From the NCBI GenBank assembly GCA_023334545.1, contig JAADVB010000085.1:3176-67175 (forward strand): a stretch of 64,000 nt of DNA. Direction: 5' to 3'. This document shows positions 9,769 to 22,098 of the stretch, piece by piece. A program made the translations under genes and the position numbers. The number at the start of each line of letters is the position of its first letter. Positions within the stretch are counted from its first letter, which is position 1. The notes beneath the pieces were generated by a model that searched no databases, had not been told where the DNA came from, and was given only the letters and a program-made list of their open reading frames with translations. Source of the DNA: Salisapilia sapeloensis CBS 127946 (Eukaryota > Protista > Oomycota).

Positions 9769-11797
9769 ATGGCGCTTACCATGCAACGAAGAGAGGATAA
9801 TACAACCTGTACGAGCCGTGCAATAGGACGAATCCTCTGGATATTTGCTCTGTACGCCTCGGTTTGTCGTGGCGAAGCACGCGACGCATGTCAAGGTGCG
9901 TGTCATTGGCGTCCGTGGTAGATCCCCTTCTCACGACCCGCTCGACCGGTTTATCTCATACCATTGTCAATCGTAGGCAGCTCTAAAGCATACGCAGCAG
10001 ATGATAACAGTCAGCGGATAGCAGCTCGTGATACGAAGAATGATATCTCACCGGCAGACGCTCAAGCCGAACCTACTGTCGGTACGTTGCTAAATCGTAG
10101 ATGGAGTAGCAAGATATCTTACTCTAGTGATACTAGAGAGTCTACTAGCGGACTTTGATCACGATGGTCGCGTTGGCAGAAATGAAATAGAGCAGATTAA
10201 AGAGAATCTGCATCAATTCTTTGACGTGGATGACAGCGGAGATATCGATAGCAAAGAACTCAAATCCGTGCGTACTTGTGAAGATCCATTCAACCATTCC
10301 CAACCGTACTTAATTCCATTCCAGATGAGCAATAACGACAAGGACGTCCGCTCTGCTTTCCAAAAACTAGATCGAGATCATGATTCCGTCATCTCGTTGC
10401 AAGAACTCGATGCTCGATGGGAGCGAGTAGGTGCCGAAATGACAGTCGATGAAGTCGCTGACTGGGTTTCTTTCACCGTCCAGCTGCCCCAATACGCACA
10501 AGCCTTCCAGTCCAACTCCATCAGTGGCTATACCTTTCCATTGCTCATGGATCACGATGGCAGTCGTTTAGCTGAAATAGGCGTCGACAGCCCTCTCCAT
10601 CGACATCAATTAGCTGTCTTTCTAAAGAAAAAGTATCTCGGCATGGGACGAAAGCCACAGGCGCCTATATCCGTTACATGCAGCATGGACGCTTCGAGCT
10701 ATACTGACCGGACGGCGGAGAATACTAGACTGAACCTCGTGCAGCTCGAGTGGGAGCCTGCGGAGGATACACCTCAGCGCTTCCAGCTCCAACGTCGAAT
10801 CGCAGGCAGCAGTGAATGGGAACTTGTCTATGTCGGACCGGATACAGACTTTATGGATGCCATCGGAGGCATGGAAGGCAATGCCCATCACATCATGTAC
10901 AGAGTGACGGCGTGGAACTCATATGGACGCAGTCCTCGCATTAGCGTTCGATGCGACTCGGCACGTAACACGACACCAGAATCTTCCGCTTCTATCTTAC
11001 CTCATGAAGGGCATCGGCACGTAGAAGCGTCGTGGACACCATCCGCAATCGCGACTGTCATCTCGATCTTTAAAATGTATTTGTGGTGGCTAGACGAAGC
11101 CATCGCACTCACTTTGTTCATCATACTACCTATTCGTGGCTTCATCTACGGTGACGCTAACCTCGTCGTCAAGTGGATGCGCAAACTGCCACCGAACATG
11201 CCGACTCGCGTGACGGTGGAAGCTGATTTGAACAAGACTTCCATCAGTGAAGCTGTTGCCGTGGTTTCGTGGGATAAACCGACTGATAACGGTGTTCCGA
11301 TCGTCCAGTACAATGTACGTTGGACACGCCTAAAGACAGAGGAAGAGGAGTGTAAGGAGCTCCAGGCCAAGTCTTTGCCAACGAGTGTCACGGTTTATCA
11401 TTTAAGACACGGGGAGACCTATCGCTTCGTCGTAGAAGCCGTGAACGAGTTCGGGCTTTCCTCGTTCTCGAGTAGGTCGACGTACATGGTACCGATGCCG
11501 GAGTTCACAGGTCGCATCCTGTCGCAACAAAAGTCGTCTATTGAAGACACCATCCTACGTAATCAGTGCTATCTGTGTCTTCGAGCAAAGCGACACAAGG
11601 TCCGGATGCCTTTGATCTCCAAGTTCGATCGCCAAGTGCTTCACTTTTGCTGTGTCTGCGACCGAGAGTTCTGTCACTATCATCGTGGCAAAGTGCATCA
11701 TACGAAAGCGTTGAGCTGTCCAGCTGTGGATGGACGGTGCGTCTGTAAAGACTGTCAAGAAAATAATCGTCTGCCTAGAGCTGCGTCTGGGCAATAG
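9769..11797 (+). CDS. Predicted single-pass membrane protein: signal peptide - EF-hands - SAM (STIM-like) - FN3 - TM - FN3 - Cys/His zinc finger; 4 exons
   Basis: Exons 9769-9895, 9977-10081, 10137-10267, 10325-11797 (GT-AG introns of 81, 55 and 57 nt, phases consistent). EF loops DFDHDGRVGRNE, DVDDSGDIDSKE, DRDHDSVISLQE; SAM TVDEVADWVSFTVQLPQY...; FN3 signatures LEWEP...YRVTAWNSYGRS and VSWDKP..NG.PI..YNV...LRHGETYRFVVEAVNEFG. Confidence 0.8.
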
Positions 11798-11873
11798 GGA
11801 GAACATATAGACAAGTAAATGATCAATACATTGGTAATTGCATACGCTCTTTCGTTTATACCTAACGTCCTAC

Positions 11874-14123
11874 TCAGTGCAGTGCCAACGTATCCCACTC
11901 CATCATGTCGTCGGGAGATAGATCCGAGTCTTCGTGCATCGACAGTTCTGGCAGTTGAAGCTGCAGGTCACTCGATCGACTGGCACATAGCTGAGCTTCG
12001 TTCACACAGATGAAACCAATTTTCCGTTGTACATCTCCTCGCACTTTATTTCGTCTTGTGGATGACGGAACGGATATAGGGTGTAGCATCTTATCTGGTG
12101 TGATGCTTGTAGGAGTAAGGGAGAATAGTGTGAGCGCAAGAGCCTTCAGACGAGGCCAATCTTGGCCGATCGTATGCCAAAATTCGAGTGGAAACATATC
12201 ACGTTTGTCCATTTCACGACCTTCGCCTTCGTTCCGATCATCTTGTGTGGCAAAGACGACGTACTCTTCGTATTCCTCTCCAATCGCATTCTTCTGCTCT
12301 TCCTCTACATCAACAGTACTTTCGGAAGGAGCGTGCTCGGAGATGTACTCTTCCATAAGCTCTCGTTCGTTTTTGGCAGTATCAACGTAGCGAGGATCGA
12401 GTACAAACGCTAGACGATGAGCATCTCCTACGACTGTCATCAGCCTGTCGATAACAATATCCTTTAACTTCTGTATCTCTGTGTCGGACAAGGAGAAGAG
12501 GTCATCAAAGGCGATCGACAAATGCTTTAGCTCGAAGTAGATGTCCGACAAGGTCGTTTGGTCCTCCATGAACTTTCGTTGTAACTTCTCAAAGACACTT
12601 GCGACTTCAATTCCTTTATCCAGTGTCATGCTGGAATTGAGTGAAAGCATAAAGTCCTTTGCCCACTGCCGTACCTTTTGATCAGTACGCCCCATCGCTG
12701 TCACAAAAGTTTTCTTGCTCACGACAGACGAAAAGTGCTGCCTGTTTTTGGCTAAAAACTCGAGTCGACGACCTAAATCGACATACTTTTTCGTCCGACA
12801 TGTTGCTGTCATCATGATTTGCACTGCTTTCCGGTCAAAGTGCTTGGACAGTGGTAGCGTGGTGAATAACGAAAGGAACTTGTCTGCATCAGACACAAAC
12901 TCTACCAAGTCACATAAGGCATCATCATCATGTCGATTCATATCTGTACGCAAGAGGTCATGCATGGCAAGCTGTAGTGCATGGGAACTGCAGCCGTAAA
13001 AGAATTTCGTTGGAAAATCTGTCTTTAGTAGCTCCCACGCATCCACGTACGCCTCATTCGCAGCCGTGACGACGCCACTCACGTTGTAGTTAACGCGAGT
13101 CATCATGGCACGAATGTCCGTTGCAATAGTGTGTGCATCATGACATGTATGGGCACTCGGCTGTACTGCATCCAGAAGGAAGTACTTGTCGCTGCAAAGA
13201 GCAGTGTACATGACGCAAGGACTACCTTCTCCATCTTTACTTTCGGTGCCCATTCTACAATGGCTCCAATCGTCTCGTTTGAGACAGATAGCGGACTGTG
13301 TCATCAAATAGCTACAGACCTGCATCTGCACTTTGTCATAACATCGCTGCAACAGTTCATTTTCTAATCGTTTTCGATCAGGCACTCGGGAGCTAGGAAG
13401 TAGCACAGATAACGCACGCTGTAGATAGGGCTTGCTATACATATCTAAAGAAGCTCCACTTGTATAGATATGCATCGCCAAATCTTCCTCTGCTCTGTCA
13501 TAAGAAACGCTTTGGAGAAATGTCGTCGTTCGAGCACTCGTCGACTCTGTACGTCTACGTTTAGATGCTGGTTCGTCCTTGATACCATTGTGAAATGTTG
13601 TAATTGGATCCATCAAGTGGTCCGATAGACCGTGATGAAGCGATAAGTGACCGATAGCACCGGACGGGTGAGGCGCGTCCAAGGTAAACGACGTGGAAAC
13701 GTCTGGCGAAGGGATACTCGGTGGAGATGACGCAGTTGATAATCCTGCATTCGATCGCTCCTGAACTTTTCCGGTCTTGTTGCTGCTTTCCTGTGCAATC
13801 TTCATGTGGTAGAACGGAAGACTGTCCTTGTATTCGGCCATAAAGGCAGGCTGACGTTGAGCGACTTGGAACGGAGTGCAGCGTTTCAAGTGACGTATAG
13901 CCTGTTCGGATTTTTTATAGTAATACACTATCTGATGACAATGCTTGCAAGTGGCCGAGTTACTTTTGTTCGGGTCTGGATCATCCGTTAGTAGTCGCCA
14001 GATCGGACTTCGACTTCTTCCAGCTTTCTTCTTCTTCTTTGTCGATTCTGTCATGAAACTAAACTCTTGACCGGGCGGATAGTCGTGCATCAAACTCCGC
14101 TTGGTCGTGTCGCTTGAAGACAT
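11874..14123 (-). CDS. hAT transposase-derived protein (BED finger + DUF659-type core + hAT dimerisation region), probably domesticated
   Basis: BED finger SPIWRLL...ATCKHC...AIRHLKRC; core DDWS, CSSHALQL; C-terminal PLEFW...WPRLKALALTLFSL. Intact 749-aa single-exon ORF; no TIR or TSD seen. Confidence 0.8.
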   Translation of the reverse strand: MSSSDTTKRSLMHDYPPGQEFSFMTESTKKKKKAGRSRSPIWRLLTDDPDPNKSNSATCKHCHQIVYYYKKSEQAIRHLKRCTPFQVAQRQPAFMAEYKDSLPFYHMKIAQESSNKTGKVQERSNAGLSTASSPPSIPSPDVSTSFTLDAPHPSGAIGHLSLHHGLSDHLMDPITTFHNGIKDEPASKRRRTESTSARTTTFLQSVSYDRAEEDLAMHIYTSGASLDMYSKPYLQRALSVLLPSSRVPDRKRLENELLQRCYDKVQMQVCSYLMTQSAICLKRDDWSHCRMGTESKDGEGSPCVMYTALCSDKYFLLDAVQPSAHTCHDAHTIATDIRAMMTRVNYNVSGVVTAANEAYVDAWELLKTDFPTKFFYGCSSHALQLAMHDLLRTDMNRHDDDALCDLVEFVSDADKFLSLFTTLPLSKHFDRKAVQIMMTATCRTKKYVDLGRRLEFLAKNRQHFSSVVSKKTFVTAMGRTDQKVRQWAKDFMLSLNSSMTLDKGIEVASVFEKLQRKFMEDQTTLSDIYFELKHLSIAFDDLFSLSDTEIQKLKDIVIDRLMTVVGDAHRLAFVLDPRYVDTAKNERELMEEYISEHAPSESTVDVEEEQKNAIGEEYEEYVVFATQDDRNEGEGREMDKRDMFPLEFWHTIGQDWPRLKALALTLFSLTPTSITPDKMLHPISVPSSTRRNKVRGDVQRKIGFICVNEAQLCASRSSDLQLQLPELSMHEDSDLSPDDMMEWDTLALH

Positions 14124-14318
14124 TCAAACGGATCCGAGTTGAAATCGATTGCGTAACTAGGATGCAGATAGCTCCAATAAAACCTCGTTTACGTGGATAA
14201 AACCTCGCACCCAAGAGACGCTCTTCACTTGTATACGTAAAAAGGGTCGAACGACGGGAAGACTAGATACTATTCGACTGGTAAACAGGCGGGATGCAAG
14301 GACCGACTAGAGTCGTGA

Positions 14319-16284
<1,966 letters not shown>

Positions 16285-16333
16285 ATGTAAGTAGAGGAAA
16301 AGAAAGACATTGCATGGAAAAGATGGTTGGATT

Positions 16334-16789
16334 CTAGTCGTTCCACTGCTGCTTGCAGCTAACACATTTGTAAAAGGTTGTGGTCGGTTCATCAGCAGAT
16401 CGGATCTGAATCTGCATAAAGTATGCGCGATCATGTTCACAATGCGGGCAACGAGCTACGAGTGCATCACAAGAATTAGTACGATGGGGATATGATAGTC
16501 TTTTCTTAGCAGCTTACTCTCCGTTTGATCGACATTTTCCCAAGCCTGTTCTCCTCCAAGCACGTCATCCACTTGCTTACGTTGCAATGGGACTCGGTTC
16601 TCCACTCGGTCTTCTATCTGGAATAAATACGGACATGTTTGACAGAAGAAGCGCATGCCATCCGTCTAGTACAGTATCGTATCGTCAGTCTTTCAATCTT
16701 CATCATAATATTAATCGTTAAAATTTATCCAGACTAATTACATCAGGTTCAATTAGTAAGATGTTGCCACAGGACGGACAAAAGTGCAT
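16334..16789 (-). CDS. POLR3K: RNA polymerase III subunit C11 (RPC10/RPC11), 3 exons
   Basis: Spliced translation MHFCPSCGNILL...FFCQTCPY...VDDVLGGEQAWENVDQTETRCPHCEHDRAYFMQIQIRSADEPTTTFYKCVSCKQQWND*, with two Zn ribbons and the TFIIS-like RSADEP loop. Confidence 0.95.
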
Positions 16790-16943
16790 GTTGGCAGTCA
16801 GTAGGTGCACTCAAAGGAGCATGCAAGACCGGTAGAAGCTATTCTGTCAATAGTGGTCGTGTTTGGTGGCAAAGGCTGCGTGATGATTGGCAGAAATTAA
16901 TGGTAACCCAGCCAGTCGATTATCAGTGGACATATCAGTGGAC
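16790..16943. promoter_or_regulatory. Probable bidirectional promoter between POLR3K and Trm3
   Basis: Only about 155 bp separate the divergent start codons (16789 minus, 16944 plus). Confidence 0.4.
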
Positions 16944-16944
16944 A
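16921..16944 (+). repeat. 12-bp perfect tandem duplication (TATCAGTGGACA x2) ending on the A of the probable Trm3 ATG
   Basis: Read directly from the sequence. Confidence 0.85.
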
Positions 16945-19900
16945 TGACGATGGAGCTACTGTCCAAGCTGCGACGCCAAGTCGATCGTGCATGGGCACAT
17001 AGCAGTTTCCAGAACAAGAATACTAGTGTACAGGATGCTAGTGCTGTCAATAAATACGACACGCACAAATTTGTAGCGATTGGAGTCTTGGCTAGCTGGA
17101 CGACGGACGAGATGGTGGCTTTGATGGCCGAGTGTAGCACGGCGATTGTATCTGAGCTTTTGCTGCCGTTAAATGACCGGATGCTAGAAGATGAAAGCAA
17201 GTTCCACTTTACGCTTCTCCTCGTCACGACGTTGTTGGAAGATGTACATCGTGTGATGGATGCCGAGGATAAAGCGCAGGACAAGCTGTCAAAATGCGTC
17301 GAAATGCTTTGTTGCAGCGTCCTCGTACCAGCTATACTTGATCCAAATTGCGTCCATGTACATCCATTAGCATCAAGTACTATTAAAAGCCTTTTAGCGC
17401 TGACACAAAATGCTCCTGCATTGGTGCACACGCTGTCCACTCAGTTACACTTGAATTTGACTACTTCCAAAGGTGCTGACGCAAGCAAAGAAGCAATAGC
17501 TTCTGCAATGCATAGTGATAAGGATGAAAGTGCGATCTTTCGAGCTATTCGAAGTAGTTATCAAGTCCAAGCAGAGCTATGGACATGGTTTTACACGAAC
17601 AAACACGACACAAATGATAAAGCGGATGAGTGGGACGACGCTATGATTTCAATCTGTCAAGAGACGATTAATACCTTTTCTCCCGAACAGCCGTGGCAGC
17701 TTGAAGCCGTTGCCATTCACATGCTTTCGTCGTGCTCCATCTCATCACTGCCACAGCGTTGTGTGCAGCGTATTGAGGAGAGAGAACGCGACCAGCAAGC
17801 TGTGACTGGAAAGACTGTCGACCCTGCACCTGCCATGTTATTCCTACTCTGTCGCCTCGTACGCATGGACGTAAAAGTCGTGTTGTCAAGCTTAACGCTG
17901 CGAAGTATGATAGCACGTGGCCTAGCCTGTGAGAACGACAAACTCGTTCGAAAGCAAGCTCTGGCAGCTATGAAGACAGCTCTTGCAGCGTTCATTTCGT
18001 CGTCGAAACACCAGAAGAATGGATCACAGAAACAAGCTTCTCCTTACTCGACAGAGACGTGGGAGAACTTCCTTGCTGCATGTGAAGTGATTCATATGCA
18101 TCATGAACAGCATTTGATTGAACAAGTGTGGCCACAAGTGGATGCTTTAATCCAAATGGGTATCCAAGGTTTCCACAAACAAGATGAAACGCAGCTTCAT
18201 GACACTGGCTGTTGGCCAGTTGCTCTCACATTCGAGTGGATGCAAAGTGTGCTCATTCGCATTTTATTGCATGAAAACCCAGTCGTTCGACGGTTGTTTG
18301 TCTCCCGCTTCATGCACTCTTGCATCAAGTACTGGGAATCGACCGATTTGAAGCATTCGCTAGCATCTAATATCTCATCTTTTGTAGACGATCCGACCTT
18401 CCATTCTTTTGTCCAATATCGACTACTACGATTCTGTAATGATCCACTGCTCTACAAGCCGCTCGCTGCAGCAAAAGAGTTTCAGCAGCTTCTCACTCAG
18501 TTCCTCACGCTCTTCCTGCGCACACGTCTTTCATCTGCATCAACTGAACCTGGTAGTGGAAGTACTGCCGAAGACATCTTGTCAGCGTATGTGCATGTGG
18601 CATGTAACGCTGTCTTTGGACCTGACACGTCGAACCATTCACCAGAAGCGTTCATCAGTATGCTACAAGTCTTTGAAAGCACACATTTGCAACAACTGGC
18701 ATCTGCTTACCTATCCGATGGTCGTCCACTCCTAGGTGCTCAACCCATTGAGTCGCTCCGGTTCGTGCTTGACGTCTATATCATGCCATCGTTTGCTCAA
18801 ACAACCAAGTTCATTTTGATGCGAGCAGCACAAGCTTTACTCACGACTGGTTTCTGTGACCAGGCGACTTTGCCCTTATCTGCTATTGCACGGCTGCTAT
18901 GCATCTTCTCTCCAGAGCATTTGCTATCGAACAACAGCGTAACGCTTGTCGCGCTAAGAAATTGGCTTCTGTTGTCGTCGTCTGCATCTAAAGAGCAACC
19001 GAAGAATACGTTTATGATGCGTCTAGCGGATGCTGTGCACAAGTTCTTGGCAGATGATCAAAATGAACAGCTATCTGTCGAACAACTTGCTCGTTTAATC
19101 GTGCTTACAGGAGATACACAGCATGTTGGCACGGAAGATGACATCACAGAGTTGGTGCTAGAATATCCGTTGGCTAGTCTACTTGATCACGTCTCAACTA
19201 GTGCTACGTTCGATGGAAAAGAGCAAACTCGTGCTGTGTGGCTGGTGGGAATGTTGGAGAAAGAGGTCGAGATACTCGTTCAAGAAACACCAGCCTCCTG
19301 TACCTTTAGCATTCGCATCAAGCCCGACCAGATATACAAGTCGACGCCTACTACAACCATTTTCTCTCGTGAAACGATGTTCACTTACGCTTACGATCTG
19401 TTAAACGCGTGGGTCGCAGCTCAAGCTACATCCAGTAAAAGCAGCAATACGAGTCTTGATGTAGATTCATGGGATGCTGAACCTCGGCGTGTCGATGCCA
19501 TTGCCATGGTACTTGCTCGCATGGCAACGTACGCTATGGATCAGGAGGGAAATCTGTCGATTGTCGAACAGCTCAATCCGATATGCAAAGTACTGACAAA
19601 GATTGTATTCCAGCAAGAGCAGACATCTAGTCCGACTGCTCAGAACATTGCTTTGCGGATGCTAGCGATTCTATCTAGTCAGACGCAAGTGTTGGACGTA
19701 CTGGACATCTTTGACGCGAGTGATCTATTGCCACAACTCGTTCAAGTTTGCTTTGCGCCGGCGTCAGAAAGAGCTGCTCAGCAGATGCAGTCCAAGTGGA
19801 ACATCACCATCTTTACCACTAGCAAATGGGCAATCATTCATCATGTCATTCAGGCATCGACGTACGTTCCGAGAGAGACGACTAAACTCCTTTTGGAGAC

Positions 19901-22022
19901 ATGCGTGGATGCGTTTGGATCAGCTGGTACTGACCCGGATACTATCCTCCATCTCGTCCAATCTCTCGCTCGTTGCTTGCGTGACTTGGCTCCTCAGCTG
20001 CGTCATGAAGCCGAGACATCCGACGTGGAGGATGTCGACATGACGCTAGACGGATACTTTAAAAGTGTCTGGACGTCCTATCAAGACGTCAAGAATAAGC
20101 CGGATGACCTCACTAGAGGTGTAATCTACTGTATCTTCCAGCCTGTATTGCTACACTGCAGCGGTCTGACCGACGACAACGACTCTCTGTTCAAACGATG
20201 GTACCGAACAGTGTGGGAGTTTGGTGCACTGCATCGCCCGAACGTCATTTTCCACTTGACGTCGCGATTCGTCCAGATCTGGCGGATGAAGCCTCGCATC
20301 GCACTCGCTTTCCAAGATGAGATACTCGAGCTGCTCTTCTACAAGGAGCCTCAAGTGAGTGAAAAACAACGACTGAAGAATACGAATTGGCATGAAATGA
20401 TTGAATCAATGCCAAGTGAACGCGTCGGGGTGTCTGTGAAAGACAAGTTTGTTCGTATATTAGTCCTCGGTTTCCTCGATGACGTCCCTATCACGAAAGA
20501 AGACGATGATCTAGAGACGTTCATGACGACATTGCTAGAGCGACTGCTTCAGTACAACTTGACGGAAGATGGGAAGCGGCAGTACATGATTAACAGTGAC
20601 GGATTCGGTCGTAAAGTGCGTTGTTGGCAAGCCATTTGTGTCCTTAGTAGACACATCACTTCGGGTACGGTCGAGTCTGTGAATCAAGTCTTCTGGCAGG
20701 CCTTTGGAGCGCTCAATCTTCCAGAAGTACGCTTCTACATGGAAGTTGTAGCGATGCAGCTAGCTGTACGCTTCCCAGCGACAACCGTGCGAAAGCATCT
20801 CATTCCGTCCCTCGGAAAGGTGAATCAGTCTCCACAGATCGCGACGTCCTTGCTTCTTGTAGCTGGCTACCTTGTCACCCACGCACTAGACAGCGAGCTC
20901 TTGTCGAAAGAAAGCTGTGAGCTGGAGCTGTTTGAAGCCATGCTTCCGTGGCTGAGCAGTGGACATGGACATGCCCGCGTCTTGACGCAGTTTGCTGTCG
21001 GTCAGTTCCTACCAAGATTACTCGCATACCCGGAGTTATCACTTGACTCTAACAATGTGAACAACGGAATGAACTTGCGCTTCCTTGAACACACCACTCG
21101 GTTCTTGAGTGAAAACAAAGAATGCAAACGCATGCTGCGTCGACAGCAGAAACAACTGTCTGACTTCCGACCTAGCTACGAATGCTCTCTCCTTGGTGTC
21201 CTCTCTTCCTCCATCGCAAATGAGTTTGATGAGCTCGTCCCGCATGCTGGAGCAGGACGTGCCACTGCCTTTACGGAAGAGCTCAAAGCAGCCATGAATG
21301 AGCTATATGCTCAATTCCAACGAGAGTACTTTAATGCAGACATGTCTCCAGATATATTAAAGACACCGTCTAAAGTGGACGACGCTGATGAAGGCAATCG
21401 AGCTGGAGGTCTGTTGGTCCAACGCAAAATCGATGTCCACTCTGTTTTACTCGAAGAAAGCGTTCTACCTGTTGCATGGCAACGGTCTGATATGCCAACC
21501 ACGTCGCCACTGGACTTGAATGCTCGTCGACGACAGCGTCAGTCGGTCATCATGTGCGCTAGTCTCGTGGATAAAGCCCCGAACCTCGGCGGACTTGCTC
21601 GTACATGCGAAATTTTTAACGCAGAGAAGCTGATTGTCCCGGACGAACGCATTAAAAAGGATGAAACGTTCCAGACGATCAGCGTGACAGCTCATAAGTG
21701 GGTACCGATAGAAGAAGTCTCACCTGCCAATCTCACGCAGGCACTAGTCAAGTGGAAGCAAGATGGATATACAATTGTGGGTGTCGAGCAGACGGCCGAT
21801 AGTGAAGATCTAAGCTCCTTTTCATTCCCAGACATGGCTGTCATTGTCTTGGGTAAAGAGAAGGAAGGCATTCCGGTCGACGTGTTGCAGCTCGTCGATG
21901 TGTGCGTCGAAATACCTCAATTTGGCGTCATTCGGTCTTTGAATGTACACGTAAGTGGTGCTCTTCTGCTGTGGTCGTACACGCAGCAACAATTGCTGAA
22001 GGATAGTAGAAAGCTAGTATAG
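16944..22022 (+). CDS. TARBP1: tRNA (guanosine-18 2'-O)-methyltransferase Trm3/TARBP1
   Basis: ~1700-aa single-exon ORF with helical-repeat body and C-terminal SpoU domain: ASLVDKAPNLGGLARTCEIF, IVGVEQT, LGKEKEGIP, EIPQFGVIRSLNVHVSGA. Confidence 0.93.
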   Translation: MTMELLSKLRRQVDRAWAHSSFQNKNTSVQDASAVNKYDTHKFVAIGVLASWTTDEMVALMAECSTAIVSELLLPLNDRMLEDESKFHFTLLLVTTLLEDVHRVMDAEDKAQDKLSKCVEMLCCSVLVPAILDPNCVHVHPLASSTIKSLLALTQNAPALVHTLSTQLHLNLTTSKGADASKEAIASAMHSDKDESAIFRAIRSSYQVQAELWTWFYTNKHDTNDKADEWDDAMISICQETINTFSPEQPWQLEAVAIHMLSSCSISSLPQRCVQRIEERERDQQAVTGKTVDPAPAMLFLLCRLVRMDVKVVLSSLTLRSMIARGLACENDKLVRKQALAAMKTALAAFISSSKHQKNGSQKQASPYSTETWENFLAACEVIHMHHEQHLIEQVWPQVDALIQMGIQGFHKQDETQLHDTGCWPVALTFEWMQSVLIRILLHENPVVRRLFVSRFMHSCIKYWESTDLKHSLASNISSFVDDPTFHSFVQYRLLRFCNDPLLYKPLAAAKEFQQLLTQFLTLFLRTRLSSASTEPGSGSTAEDILSAYVHVACNAVFGPDTSNHSPEAFISMLQVFESTHLQQLASAYLSDGRPLLGAQPIESLRFVLDVYIMPSFAQTTKFILMRAAQALLTTGFCDQATLPLSAIARLLCIFSPEHLLSNNSVTLVALRNWLLLSSSASKEQPKNTFMMRLADAVHKFLADDQNEQLSVEQLARLIVLTGDTQHVGTEDDITELVLEYPLASLLDHVSTSATFDGKEQTRAVWLVGMLEKEVEILVQETPASCTFSIRIKPDQIYKSTPTTTIFSRETMFTYAYDLLNAWVAAQATSSKSSNTSLDVDSWDAEPRRVDAIAMVLARMATYAMDQEGNLSIVEQLNPICKVLTKIVFQQEQTSSPTAQNIALRMLAILSSQTQVLDVLDIFDASDLLPQLVQVCFAPASERAAQQMQSKWNITIFTTSKWAIIHHVIQASTYVPRETTKLLLETCVDAFGSAGTDPDTILHLVQSLARCLRDLAPQLRHEAETSDVEDVDMTLDGYFKSVWTSYQDVKNKPDDLTRGVIYCIFQPVLLHCSGLTDDNDSLFKRWYRTVWEFGALHRPNVIFHLTSRFVQIWRMKPRIALAFQDEILELLFYKEPQVSEKQRLKNTNWHEMIESMPSERVGVSVKDKFVRILVLGFLDDVPITKEDDDLETFMTTLLERLLQYNLTEDGKRQYMINSDGFGRKVRCWQAICVLSRHITSGTVESVNQVFWQAFGALNLPEVRFYMEVVAMQLAVRFPATTVRKHLIPSLGKVNQSPQIATSLLLVAGYLVTHALDSELLSKESCELELFEAMLPWLSSGHGHARVLTQFAVGQFLPRLLAYPELSLDSNNVNNGMNLRFLEHTTRFLSENKECKRMLRRQQKQLSDFRPSYECSLLGVLSSSIANEFDELVPHAGAGRATAFTEELKAAMNELYAQFQREYFNADMSPDILKTPSKVDDADEGNRAGGLLVQRKIDVHSVLLEESVLPVAWQRSDMPTTSPLDLNARRRQRQSVIMCASLVDKAPNLGGLARTCEIFNAEKLIVPDERIKKDETFQTISVTAHKWVPIEEVSPANLTQALVKWKQDGYTIVGVEQTADSEDLSSFSFPDMAVIVLGKEKEGIPVDVLQLVDVCVEIPQFGVIRSLNVHVSGALLLWSYTQQQLLKDSRKLV

Positions 22023-22098
22023 ATAGGGTATATCTAGGTGTTTCTAACAAGTTGTTTCAAGTTTGAAATGACAACAAGTCCTGGACACGAAAAGCGTG

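Noticed and set aside
16670-16740. ATGATGA...CTGA (C/D-box-like) in POLR3K intron 1
   Set aside because: Boxes are only 11 nt apart; CTGAC is better explained as the branch point.
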